A DNA stretch of 64,000 nt. It comes from an uncultured Methanoregulaceae archaeon (lineage in GTDB: Archaea; Halobacteriota; Methanomicrobia; Methanomicrobiales; Methanospirillaceae). A program made the translations under genes and the position numbers. Positions 41,907 through 52,601 of this stretch are shown here, in pieces. Within the stretch, counting starts at the first letter, position 1; each line of letters starts with the position of its first letter. The stretch is from assembly GCA_963705255.1 (NCBI GenBank), contig OY970061.1, positions 384,001 through 448,000 of the forward strand, written 5' to 3'. The notes below the pieces were generated by a model. It had not been told where the DNA came from. It worked only from the letters and a program-made list of their open reading frames with translations, and made no database searches.

Positions 41907-43916
41907 TCACGCAGTGGAGAATGAATAAATTACCGCGTTTCCATTGTCGTACAGCCTGTTGCACTCAGACTCGATCATTGAGGACTCGGTCTCGTCAAGA
42001 GGTTGTTTTTCTTTCATCCAGTCTTCCCCAAATTCCAGATATTCTTTCATCCGTGGGAGAATGACCAGATAGTGCTGCTCTGAAGCGGTACCCACCGCCT
42101 GAGGATACCCGGCCTCCCGGACGAACGAAAAATACGTCTGGACTGTGAGAGGGAAATCTGCCAAGATGATGGCTTGTGCAGGATAGCCAACGTACACATC
42201 GCTTTCGATTTCCCCTTTGGCCTTATTGGCATCCAGCCATACAATACCAGAGATTTCCGTGGGATCGTGATTAATGACCAGGCTCCGGTTGTCGTACAAC
42301 GGGTGGCCGGGTTCAAAGGGCTGCCCGAAAAAGACCACCGCCGGAAATGTCGTTACGATACTTGTGAGAACCAAAGCTGTGAGTAAGACGGACAGGAGTA
42401 CCTTGGAATGAATACATTGTGCGACTCTGCTGAGTCCGCATGCTGCGACGATGACAAGCGGGATATAGAGAAATTCCATCAGCCTGAGGGGATCCACAAA
42501 TGACACGAGGCCGCTCATCGAAAGGACAAGTGCTGACGATAATACCGCCACCCATGCAAGAACAAAGAGACGATCCTTTTCCAGAAAATAATACAGCCCG
42601 ATCAGTGCGAGAACAGCTATGCAGATCCCGTTGAACAACATAGGTATGGGGTAGGAGAGGAAGAATGTGGACTTCCCAATGACAAAATTAATTACAAGAA
42701 TGCATCCTATCACCGAGCCGATGATCATAACCGCGTAAATAATTTTTTTCCTGATCAGAATACGCTGTGCGAGTGTCTGCAACGCAAGGATCTTTTCGGG
42801 GATCAGCACCGGTATGAGATAAAGGATAATCACGCTGATCAGGAGGAGGGGTATACCATAATCCGAATGAAAAAGGGAATTTGTCAACCCGCTGAATTCA
42901 GAAAACTCATACTCCAGTCTCCCTATCCACCACGCTATGATCGCAAGGATTGTTGTCGTTGTAATGAAACCTGCAATCAGACTTGCCCTGCGCACCCACT
43001 CTCTCCTGCACATTAGGTAAAGGAACACAAGAGAGATGACGATCCAGACACCAAGGAAGATCAGTGCTGAAAGATGATGGGTAAGTACCATGCCGATGAT
43101 CAGCAGGAGGGAGACTGCAAGAAATCCGGGTTTTTGATCCCTTATTGACCGGAACGATATATAGAGGGCGAGGATGAAGAGTGCAATACCGAGAGTTTCC
43201 CGTACTCCCTGTGTTGTCCAGTGCAGGTAGGGTGTTCCTGAAAGGAGGAGTAATCCTGCAAAAAATGCAGTCTCCTCAGATGAGATCTCCTTTACCCACC
43301 GGTACACCACAACAATCGCAATGATGGAAAGGGGAGGGATACAATATTTGAGAAGGGTCAGGGGGTACATCCCGGCAAAAAGGGAAAGCGAGGCGACGAT
43401 GACATGGAGGACGGGGAGCTGGGCCGGGTAGAAGGATGGTGAAACCGACTGGTACGCCAGGATCCTGAGGATCATCCCGTATTCAAACCAGGGATCTCCC
43501 CATGGCAGATAGTCGAACCTCAGGGAGAGGATCAGTGAGGTGAACAACCCTATTGCAATGAGGCTGAAGAGTTTGTGTCGTGAATTACAGGCAAGGAGGA
43601 CTGCGACACCTAAAAGAATGATGGCCGGGAGAAGCGCAACTACAGTTATACGAGAGGTATAGAGAAAGAGACCGGCTCCGAGTATGGATGCTACCAGTGC
43701 GACGATCCTGGTTCGTTCATCAGAAAAAAAAACTGACAGGAGGTCTTCACCGGAAGGAACTGGCATTTCAGGGCACTCCTTTTTGGGATATTCCGCGGGA
43801 ATGCCGGTGGTTTTTGGTACTGAAAATACCTCCCGCATGATTACCGTAAATCCTCTGATCGGCAGGATTCCCTTTACCAGATAGCATTCCACCGATGGTC
43901 GTTTCATCTGTTTCAA
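41907..43916 (-). CDS. Polytopic GT-C-like membrane protein (start uncertain)
   Basis: Many TMs, GDPWFE loop, LTHHLS, and a soluble C-terminus EISGIVWL..RLYDNG. Confidence 0.65.
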   Translation of the reverse strand: MKQMKRPSVECYLVKGILPIRGFTVIMREVFSVPKTTGIPAEYPKKECPEMPVPSGEDLLSVFFSDERTRIVALVASILGAGLFLYTSRITVVALLPAIILLGVAVLLACNSRHKLFSLIAIGLFTSLILSLRFDYLPWGDPWFEYGMILRILAYQSVSPSFYPAQLPVLHVIVASLSLFAGMYPLTLLKYCIPPLSIIAIVVVYRWVKEISSEETAFFAGLLLLSGTPYLHWTTQGVRETLGIALFILALYISFRSIRDQKPGFLAVSLLLIIGMVLTHHLSALIFLGVWIVISLVFLYLMCRREWVRRASLIAGFITTTTILAIIAWWIGRLEYEFSEFSGLTNSLFHSDYGIPLLLISVIILYLIPVLIPEKILALQTLAQRILIRKKIIYAVMIIGSVIGCILVINFVIGKSTFFLSYPIPMLFNGICIAVLALIGLYYFLEKDRLFVLAWVAVLSSALVLSMSGLVSFVDPLRLMEFLYIPLVIVAACGLSRVAQCIHSKVLLSVLLTALVLTSIVTTFPAVVFFGQPFEPGHPLYDNRSLVINHDPTEISGIVWLDANKAKGEIESDVYVGYPAQAIILADFPLTVQTYFSFVREAGYPQAVGTASEQHYLVILPRMKEYLEFGEDWMKEKQPLDETESSMIESECNRLYDNGNAVIYSFSTA

Positions 43917-43958
43917 GGGTCTCGGTTTTTAGACGGCAGATCATGGAGCATCTCATTG

Positions 43959-44972
43959 TCATGAGGATTGAGACAGGGTGTTATTTGTTACAAAAACTGG
44001 CACCGTGGCATTGATCTGGAGATGGAGGTTGCGGTAGCTGGCGTTTATCCGGTCCTGTCCTGATATTTCCTGTCCGGGAACGGTTTCATTGAAGAGCAGG
44101 AACTCCATCCGGTAAAATCCGGCAGCGGGTGCAGAAAACTCAAGCGGAAGAACCGACGTCTGATTGTGATCTAGGATCACTGAGTAGGATTCCAGGGGTG
44201 TGAAACCTGATGATGCAATAGGTGTCGTCTCGTTTACCGGTACCAGGTATACTTCGACAGTATAGTTTATCGTCCGGTATTCATGGTTTCCGATACCGGT
44301 ATACAGTAGTTGCAGGATACCGGGGCTTATCATTTCCGGATATGCATCTGCAGTCCTCTTTCCTCCCAAGATAAAAAATTCCGTATATTTGTCTCCTGCT
44401 GTTGGCAGCGAGATCACAAGAACTGTGGATGCGATGACCATGAGAATGGCAAAAACACCTATTCCAAAAATAATCCGGTTACCGGTAGACTGATTTGTTA
44501 ACATGCAGTCTTTTGAGATGCGGCGTAGAATTTCCGGTGCCGGAATGGTATATCGTGATTCAGGTGGGATCGCAGCGCGGCGATACGTTGCAATAAAAAC
44601 CATTGAGACGATAAAAACCGTAAGAGAGACAAGTACCGAATCCAGCCGGATCCCCCACGAGATAAAGTTCAAAAGGAGGGCAATTAAAGGAGTCACTACA
44701 AGGCTTGCGCCGATTGAGAGAACTAGCCGTTCAATCGTGCCGATATCCACCGAATCAGGGAATAATGCAGCCATCAATACATAACCGGGGATAAAAAGAA
44801 TCATTGGAATGGCGAGGATAAGCCGCAGGAATGTCAGGCTGACAATCGGTAGAATAACCGAAAGAATGCACAACGCGGTCCAGAACAGAACGATTTTCAA
44901 ATCGCCGGAAATGATTGAGCTGCTATTTCCGGATGATATTTTTCTCCCCTGTTCAGGTTCTGGAGGTTCCAT
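43959..44972 (-). CDS. DUF1616 domain protein
   Basis: LFIPGYVLMAALFP, ERLVLSIGAS, YTEFFILG..A..YP, GIGNHE and YRNLHLQINAT. Confidence 0.85.
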   Translation of the reverse strand: MEPPEPEQGRKISSGNSSSIISGDLKIVLFWTALCILSVILPIVSLTFLRLILAIPMILFIPGYVLMAALFPDSVDIGTIERLVLSIGASLVVTPLIALLLNFISWGIRLDSVLVSLTVFIVSMVFIATYRRAAIPPESRYTIPAPEILRRISKDCMLTNQSTGNRIIFGIGVFAILMVIASTVLVISLPTAGDKYTEFFILGGKRTADAYPEMISPGILQLLYTGIGNHEYRTINYTVEVYLVPVNETTPIASSGFTPLESYSVILDHNQTSVLPLEFSAPAAGFYRMEFLLFNETVPGQEISGQDRINASYRNLHLQINATVPVFVTNNTLSQSS

Positions 44973-45378
44973 GCGGTTTTTCCCAATCAGGAGCGGTTAT
45001 CCTTCTAACTCCACTCATTGCCGTCAGTAATAATGTTATGGCGGACAATGAAAAAAGAACAGAGACCTGCGATACGCCAAAGGGTGTATAGGTTAATAAA
45101 AATCCGGTAAATGCTGCTATGCAAATGCTCAGGCCGATGCTAAGAGCAATGCGTTCGAGAGAATCAAACTCTTTTTTTTCCGGGAACAGCGCAGAAATGA
45201 AAACATAACCTGGGACAAAAAGAATAAGAGGTAATCCAAGAATGACACGCAGGAGTGTCTCATTGAGAGGGGGCAAGAGGGTAACTGAAACAGCTAAAAG
45301 GATGTAACATACAACAAGCAGAAGATCGTAAACTCTGGTTATTGGGATTATATCCTTTTTTGAGAGAGTATTATTCAC
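44953..45378 (-). CDS. DUF1616 N-terminal membrane domain only
   Basis: LRVILGLPLILFVPGYVFISALFP..LERIALSIGLS; stops after four TMs. Confidence 0.75.
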   Translation of the reverse strand: MNNTLSKKDIIPITRVYDLLLVVCYILLAVSVTLLPPLNETLLRVILGLPLILFVPGYVFISALFPEKKEFDSLERIALSIGLSICIAAFTGFLLTYTPFGVSQVSVLFSLSAITLLLTAMSGVRRITAPDWEKPHGTSRT

Positions 45379-45457
45379 AAATAGTTCCCCATTCGCATAG
45401 TTATTTCTGAATTGACAGTATTTATATTACTATACGATAACATCAGTATAGATTGCC

Positions 45458-46330
45458 ATGGAGCCAAAAGATCGTACCATCGTGTATGGACTTATCGCCG
45501 CGTGCATCGCAGGCATTTTGATTGTGGGGTTATTGCTCATTTTTGTTGGTGGTACGACTTTCTCCGGCCAGGGCTTCAGTGAAGTATTTTTTTTGAATAG
45601 CGAAAAATTGCCGGTGGTAATTGAAACGGGAACACCTCTGAACTTCTCTTTTATGGTAGCTTCTCATTATAACGAGAAAATGGATTACAAATATGATATA
45701 ATTGCAGGGAATACGATTATTCAGAGCGGGGCATTTTCGCTTCCGAATGATAGTCTATCACAAAAAGATCGATACAATCAGACTATCTCAATTACAGTTT
45801 TAACCTTAAATCCAACATTAATCAAGATAGCCAACTCTTCGAGATCTGAGACAAAACAAACCTATAATGGGGGATTAGGTCTTCTTCTTTCACAGAACGG
45901 AAATGGAGCCCAGGTGGTATCAGATCCTTCTCACCTCTATTATCCAATTCAGTTGTCCGTCGGAAATGAGCCTGCAACTCTTATTTTCACTCCTAACAAC
46001 ACGCAGACCTATCAAACAACAACAACAAGCAGGACCAATGTCGGAGATTTACAAAATGTCGGCCGAAATGCGGCAACCGTAAACATTGAAGGTTTTCAGA
46101 TTTCAGATACGGGATACGATATATCCCGCGCCATATGGACAATCCAGAATGATCATGGAATTATTAATGCTACGTCAATAACGGTTACAGATAGTTATCG
46201 GTACGAGTATGAAAAAATCGCTGTAGAAATGGAAGCATATCCGGCAAATAATCCCGATACAGTTACAAAATATGAAATTGACTTCTGGGTTATCATCAGT
46301 GGGAAACCATTAGTGGTCAATGACCATTAA
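45458..46330 (+). CDS. Membrane-anchored extracellular protein, DUF1616 C-domain-like
   Basis: Single N-terminal TM, then FSEVFFL..LP..G.P..F.V.SH..Y.Y.I; Asn/Thr-rich; ends YEIDFWV. Confidence 0.6.
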   Translation: MEPKDRTIVYGLIAACIAGILIVGLLLIFVGGTTFSGQGFSEVFFLNSEKLPVVIETGTPLNFSFMVASHYNEKMDYKYDIIAGNTIIQSGAFSLPNDSLSQKDRYNQTISITVLTLNPTLIKIANSSRSETKQTYNGGLGLLLSQNGNGAQVVSDPSHLYYPIQLSVGNEPATLIFTPNNTQTYQTTTTSRTNVGDLQNVGRNAATVNIEGFQISDTGYDISRAIWTIQNDHGIINATSITVTDSYRYEYEKIAVEMEAYPANNPDTVTKYEIDFWVIISGKPLVVNDH

Positions 46331-46379
46331 ATATATACATTTTATCAGGAGGGTACTTTATATAAGTACATAATAATAA

Positions 46380-46712
46380 TGTGCAAGAGTCTCTGTTTCT
46401 AAAGTAGTAACTAATTTATGCCCTTTTCAAGAACACCGAACATGCGCTTGAGGGTGAAAGCGAGCGACAATGGAAATTGGTACAAAGGAGTCGTATTCTA
46501 TGAACCGGGGATACGAAGTCCACGAGACATCGGGGAGACGTATAGCATATCTGAAAGGATCGTGATACGATGAGCGAAATCTCATCGTCAGGATAAAGAG
46601 AACGGGTTACAACCGAAAAAGACCGGGCCAGACGATCACCCCCAGCCACATAACTATCGTTGGAACAGCGAATTATCCAGCTCAAAGAGAAATATCCCGC
46701 ATGGGGAGGTGT
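46380..46712 (+). mobile_element. IS481-family-like transposase remnant (N-terminal HTH part)
   Basis: From ATG 46418: ..DIGETYSISERIVIR*AKSHRQDKENGLQPKKTGP/RRSPPAT*LSLEQRIIQLKEKYPAWG. A TGT-starting candidate left end lies at 46380. Confidence 0.65.
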
Positions 46713-46781
46713 CGTCAACGCCAAATTTTAAAAGGGTTGCTGTCGAAATTTAGTATATCCATTCTCAATATTGGGTTCAAT

Positions 46782-48476
46782 ATGATTAGCCTGAAAAAAG
46801 TACTGAAAATTGATGAAACAGTCTGTCTTCTACTTATTCTATGCTATGGATTTTTTTCCAATATTTATATAATGAGCCGATACGGGGGATTAGTCGCTGA
46901 TACCGATGTCTCTTATTTTACAAAAGTGATCCAGGATTTTCAGGTTCACGGGGGAGTTGGAGAATTAATTCGATATAGTAATGGACTTGGATTTCAAATC
47001 CTTGCAACAGAAATTTCTGATATTACGGGCTTAACTATCCCCCAGGTTCAACTATTGCCATTCGGATTTTTTTATCTTATTATCGCATATGTGCTATTTC
47101 GGGAATTTACTGACAGCAAATATACAGCTCTCATCGGGGCAGCCATACTTTCGGTCCTTCCGGATTTATTATTTTTTACGGCACGGGGAACGTATGAACG
47201 GTATACTGTTTTTTTATTTTTACTGGCAATCTTTATTTTGGTACGGTATTCAAAGAATCTCCTCTCGTTTCAAAAATCCGCTAAATACCTTGCTATTCTC
47301 TACTTTTCACTATTTACAATAGTATTAATTAATCAATGGTTTTTTATCCTCATTCTGCTGGCAATAATAGCGACAATTATTTTGGGATTAATCCAGTCAT
47401 TCGTTTTTAAAATGGATGCGGAGACCCTATATGAAAATGTTATTTCCCATAATCCCTATCATACCCTTATCCTATCTTTTGGTTCAATACGGGTCATTTT
47501 CGAATAGTATGTTCATGGGGGTCATATCAATCTGGTTGGGAAAATTTTTTACATTCATTTCTCCATCACGAGTGCTTCCCTTGCTCGGACTGGCAATAAT
47601 GTTGGTTTTGATACTTTATACCGTTCATCGGAGGGGTAGTCTGTCTATTGTACGATATCGTATCACTACTCAACCTGATAATCTCAAAAAAAATGAATTT
47701 GCCGGTGGGCGACTACATTTTGTAGTTTTGGTGTTATTTCTGATATGGATAACGTTCGTGTATTTTTTTATTGCACCATCAAATACGTCATTTCATTCAC
47801 CAACAATATACTTCCTATTAACAGGAATTTATTGGATTATATTACCGATTTCCATTATTGTGGGCTTGATTGTTGTTAAGCGATACGCTATCGATAAACA
47901 TAGTGAGTATGCACACAAAAATTTGGGGATCTTGTTTCTTATATCCTTCTTTGGATTATTGGGTTTGAGTATTTTTATTGACCGGGTATCCATTCAGGAA
48001 TTGGAGATAATCTTGAACTGCGCGTATTTCCATATTTATTAGTATTTTTAGCATATGGTGCAGCGTGCGCCTTATCGGAAATTTCAAAGACGATTACTAA
48101 AGCACCTTGGAAAAAATTATTTGTCGTTTTGATAATTGTCACATTCCTCATTTTTTCAATAAGTTCCCTTTTAAAGGCAACAAATGATCCATCCGTTTCA
48201 GATTTTAAAATTTATTATTCTCCTGAAGAAAAAAGCGGAATCGACTGGATTGAAATAAACAGTCCCCAAAATTCAATTTGGTTCGGAGAGGATAGATTTT
48301 CTACAGCATTCACATTCGATTCTTCCGATTATGTATCTAAAAATGTTCGTTTAACTCAAGAAAATACTGCGGATGTCTTCATGGTTACATCTGATTATTT
48401 GAACGAACCGGCGAATTTTGACTCTAACAATAAAGTTTATGATAATTCAAAAATTATGATTTTCAGAAAGATTTGA
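46782..48476 (+). CDS. Polytopic GT-C-like membrane protein (frameshifts ~47412 and ~47997)
   Basis: Three consecutive ORFs join. DTDVSYF loop, NLELRVFPY, and C-terminal EEKSGIDWI..KVYDNS like the 41907 protein. Confidence 0.6.
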
Positions 48477-48647
48477 GTTTATAAAGTATCAAGATCTGAA
48501 AGCAGACGATAAAGTCTCCATCCCGGTAAACAAACAGGACTCATTTTGCAAAAATTTGTTATTCACTGATAAATCACAAACATTGCATATAAAAACGATA
48601 AGCTAATACAAATAAAATTCACATTAATGTACTTAAGGAAATATTCT

Positions 48648-49526
48648 ATGATCCTTGCCGCAATTCCCGCATATAATGAAGAGGTTGCGATCGGAAGCGT
48701 GATTCTGCGGACAAAAAAATATGCAGATAAAGTAATTGTCATTGATGATGGGAGCACAGATGCTACATCAACAGTTGCTAAAATGGCCGGTGCTGATGTC
48801 GTTCACCATGACAAGAATCTTGGAAAAGGGGCGGCCCTTAAAAGTGCATTCCGGGCAGCAAAAGAACTCGATGCGGATATTTTCGTATGCCTTGATGCTG
48901 ACGGGCAACACAATCCCGATGAAATTCCCCGATTATTGGACGCGATCAAAAACGGGGATGCCGATATGGTTATCGGTTCGCGTTTCTTAAAGGATAAAAA
49001 TTCAGTTCCGGTTTATCGCAGGATCGGTCAGCAGGTATTAAATATTCTGACAAATTCCATCTCTCATACAAAAGTTACTGATTCACAGAGTGGTTTCCGG
49101 GCCTTCTCGAAAAAAGCGATTAATTCTCTTTCATGTAACGAAATGGGAATCGGCATAGAATCCCAGTTACAGCGAACTGCAGATGATTTAAATCTTAAAA
49201 TTGCTGAGGTCCCTATATCATGCAGATATGATGTGCAACACGGTTCAAAACTGAATCCGTTCAATCACGGATTCCGTGTCATAAATACAATTCTTAGGAT
49301 TGTTGAGGAACGCCGACCCCTGCTCTTTTTTGGGTTACCTGGATTTATCCTTATATGTATTGGGTTATTTTTTGGATTGGACGTGGTGAGAACGTATACA
49401 GCAACACACGTTTTTGCGATAGGAACCTCATTAATTGTAATTCTTCTCTTAATGGTAGGGATAATATCAATTTTTAATGGCATTATGCTCCACGCAATTA
49501 GTAAGATTATAAAAAAAGAACAATAA
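48648..49526 (+). CDS. GT2 (DPM1-like) glycosyltransferase
   Basis: IPAYNEE, DDGSTD, DADGQH, GSRF and DSQSGFRA, with two C-terminal TMs. Confidence 0.92.
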   Translation: MILAAIPAYNEEVAIGSVILRTKKYADKVIVIDDGSTDATSTVAKMAGADVVHHDKNLGKGAALKSAFRAAKELDADIFVCLDADGQHNPDEIPRLLDAIKNGDADMVIGSRFLKDKNSVPVYRRIGQQVLNILTNSISHTKVTDSQSGFRAFSKKAINSLSCNEMGIGIESQLQRTADDLNLKIAEVPISCRYDVQHGSKLNPFNHGFRVINTILRIVEERRPLLFFGLPGFILICIGLFFGLDVVRTYTATHVFAIGTSLIVILLLMVGIISIFNGIMLHAISKIIKKEQ

Positions 49527-49537
49527 TATATCGGGGT

Positions 49538-50635
49538 GTGACTTATACGATAGCGATTATTCTCGGTACTCGTCCGGAAATTATCAAAATGTCCCCAATA
49601 ATCCGGGAATGTGAATGCCAGGATATTGCTCATTTTATCCTTCACACCGGACAGCATTATTCCTATGAGATGGACAAAATTTTTTTTGAAGATCTGGATC
49701 TTCCTCAACCAAAATTTAATCTGGATATAGGTTCCGGTAGTCATGCCAACCAGACCGGGAGAATGATGCGGGGGATAGAAAAAGTTTTACAGAACAATAA
49801 ACCGGACATTGTACTTGTTCAGGGAGACACCAATACGGTCCTTGCCGGTGCATTAACCGCTTCTAAAATGAACATAAAAGTTGGTCACGTGGAAGCGGGT
49901 CTTCGGAGTTTTGATCGGTCAATGCCTGAAGAGATTAACAGGATTCTGACTGATCATATATCAGATCTTCTTTTTGCGCCAACAAAGGAATCGCAAAAAA
50001 ATTTATTTCAAGAAGGAATTGATAGGAAAAAAATCCATGTTACAGGGAACACTATTGTTGATGCAGTCTCTCAAAACAAGAAAATTGCTGATGATAAGGG
50101 GGATATCCTAAAACAAATGGACTTGTCTTCAAACGATTACTTCCTCGTAACTGCCCATCGTGCGGAAAATGTCGATGTTAAAGAACGGTTACAGGGAATT
50201 ATCGGCGGTCTCCAACGTATTCATGCAGAATTTTTCATTCCTGTAATTTTTCCCATTCATCCAAGAACTAAAAAAATGATCGAGAAATTTCATATTTCGG
50301 TTGATGGAATTCGAGTGGTTGATCCCCTTGGATACCTCGATTTTCTTCAGTTAGAGGCAAATTCAAAACTTATACTGACGGATTCCGGTGGGGTACAGGA
50401 AGAGTCCTGTATTTTGGGGGTACCTTGTGTAACCTTAAGGAAGAATACAGAGCGACCTGAAACAATTGCCGTTGGATCAAACATGCTCGTTGGAAGTAAT
50501 TCTGATAATATTGTTAAAGGCGTACATTTAATGATAAAGAATAAAAAGAAGTGGAAAAATCCATTTGGTAATGGAACAGCTGGAGTAAAAACTATTAACA
50601 TATGTAAGGAAATCCATCCAATTATTGGTAGCTAA
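49538..50635 (+). CDS. wecB: UDP-N-acetylglucosamine 2-epimerase (non-hydrolysing)
   Basis: GTRPEIIK, HTGQHY, QGDT, HVEAGLRS, PEEINR, TDSGGVQEE and TERPE. Confidence 0.95.
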   Translation: MTYTIAIILGTRPEIIKMSPIIRECECQDIAHFILHTGQHYSYEMDKIFFEDLDLPQPKFNLDIGSGSHANQTGRMMRGIEKVLQNNKPDIVLVQGDTNTVLAGALTASKMNIKVGHVEAGLRSFDRSMPEEINRILTDHISDLLFAPTKESQKNLFQEGIDRKKIHVTGNTIVDAVSQNKKIADDKGDILKQMDLSSNDYFLVTAHRAENVDVKERLQGIIGGLQRIHAEFFIPVIFPIHPRTKKMIEKFHISVDGIRVVDPLGYLDFLQLEANSKLILTDSGGVQEESCILGVPCVTLRKNTERPETIAVGSNMLVGSNSDNIVKGVHLMIKNKKKWKNPFGNGTAGVKTINICKEIHPIIGS

Positions 50636-50649
50636 CATGGGGAGTTGTC

Positions 50650-51591
50650 ATGGATATATATAAAATATTAGTTACTGGCGGTACCGGATTTATTGGCACA
50701 AATCTTGTCAATGAATTACAATCGCGTGGACACGATGTTCATGCAATTGATCTCCTGAATACGGAACGCAATAACTACACACGAGCAGATGTCCGGAATT
50801 TCCGTCAGGTCGAACGGGTTTTTGAAAAATATTCATTTGATTGTGTATATCACCTTGCTGCGGAATACGGCCGATGGAATGGGGAGGATTATTACGAGAA
50901 TCTCTGGCATACCAATTGTATCGGCACAAAAAATTTGATCCGGCTTCAGGAAAAACTGAAGTTTAAAATGATCTTTTTTTCCAGTGCTGAGGTATATGGG
51001 GATTTTGAAGGGAAAATGTCAGAGAATGTAATGGTCGATAATCCCATCAAGGACACCTACCAGATGAATGATTATGCCATCACGAAATGGGCGGGCGAAC
51101 TCATGTGCATGAACTCGGCAACGATGTTTGGCACGGAGACTGTAAGGGTTCGCCCGGTGAATTGTTACGGCCCTCACGAGCACTATACACCGTATCGGGG
51201 CTTCATCCCTAAATTTATTTATCACGCACTGTTCAACAGACCTTACACGGTATTCAAAGGTCATAAACGCATTATTGATTATGTCGAAGATTCCTGCCGG
51301 ACCTGGGCAAATATCATGGATAATTTTATTCCGGGCGAGGTGTACAATGTCGGGGGGAGACCGGAATGGGAGATGGACATAAAGGATTATTCAGATCGTA
51401 TCCTGAATGCTACTGGCAGGGATGATTCCCTCGTAACCTATGAAGAGGCTGAGCCTTTTACAACAAAAGCCAAACACATGGACTTTTCAAAAGCAATCCG
51501 GGATCTCAAGCACAATCCTGTTGTCCGACCGGAAGAAGGAATCAGCAGAACAGTTACATGGATGAAAAAATACTATCACATCGGTGAATAA
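50650..51591 (+). CDS. NAD-dependent epimerase/dehydratase
   Basis: TGGTGFIG, HLAA, SSAEVYG and YAITK. Confidence 0.9.
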   Translation: MDIYKILVTGGTGFIGTNLVNELQSRGHDVHAIDLLNTERNNYTRADVRNFRQVERVFEKYSFDCVYHLAAEYGRWNGEDYYENLWHTNCIGTKNLIRLQEKLKFKMIFFSSAEVYGDFEGKMSENVMVDNPIKDTYQMNDYAITKWAGELMCMNSATMFGTETVRVRPVNCYGPHEHYTPYRGFIPKFIYHALFNRPYTVFKGHKRIIDYVEDSCRTWANIMDNFIPGEVYNVGGRPEWEMDIKDYSDRILNATGRDDSLVTYEEAEPFTTKAKHMDFSKAIRDLKHNPVVRPEEGISRTVTWMKKYYHIGE

Positions 51592-52592
51592 TATGGAAGA
51601 CTTTTCAGAATTTTACCAGGATTCGACAATTCTTGTTACCGGCGGGGCAGGAGCGATCGGGGGAAATCTCTGCAGGAAACTTTCCCCGCTGGGAATAAAA
51701 AAAATTATTATTCTTGATAATCTCTCCTCCTCTTATGAATGGAATATTCCAGAGGCACCGGGCATCATGTTTGTCCGGGGGGATATTCTTAACGATGCTA
51801 TTCTAAAACGAGTCTTCAAAGAAAAGCCCGATTATGTGTTCCATCTCGCCGCTCATTTCGCCAACCAGAATTCTGTTGATAATCCGGAGAAGGATCTCAT
51901 GATCAATGGCCTGGGGATTCTCAAAGTATTACAATATGCGCAATTAACCGGCGTCAAACGGTTCGTATATTCATCATCGGGTTGTGGGGTCTATGGGCTT
52001 GAGTCCAAGATGCCGTTTGAGGAGCACGATGTCTCAATTCATCTCCACACGCCGTATCAGGTCACAAAACTTCTCGGGGAACTCTACACCAATTATTTCC
52101 ATAACCTCTATGGCCTTCCAATTGTCAATGCACGGTTCTTCAACTCATATGGACCCGGAGAGGTGCCCGGAAAATACCGCAACGTGATTCCCAACTTCTT
52201 CTACTGGGCGATGAAGGGTCAGCCCCTTCCCATCACGGGGAATGGGACTGAAACACGGGACTGGACCTATGTCGGGGATATCGTAAACGGACTTCTTGCC
52301 ATGGGAGTTAAGGAGAAGGCAATTGGAGAAGCGTTTAATCTTGGTGCAAGTAAAGAACAGCGTGTCATCGATATGGCAAACATTGTGAACAGGCTTACAG
52401 GTAACGAGAGAGGTATCGTGTTCAGGGATCGCCGTGACTGGGATGTGAAGACGCGGCTGCTTTCTTGTATTACCAAAGCTGAGAACCGTGCTTGGGTATA
52501 AACCGCACATGAAATTTGAAGATGGATTAAAAGAAACCCACAATTGGTTTGTCGAGAACTGGGATAACATCAGTAAGAGTGCGGAGTTTTAA
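51584..52592 (+). CDS. NAD-dependent epimerase/dehydratase (frameshift ~52483)
   Basis: TGGAGAIG, YQVTK, RFFNSYGP and RDWTYV; the C-terminus VLGYKP..FEDGLKET..EF* is in another frame. Confidence 0.88.
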
Positions 52593-52601
52593 CACAAAAT
52601 T

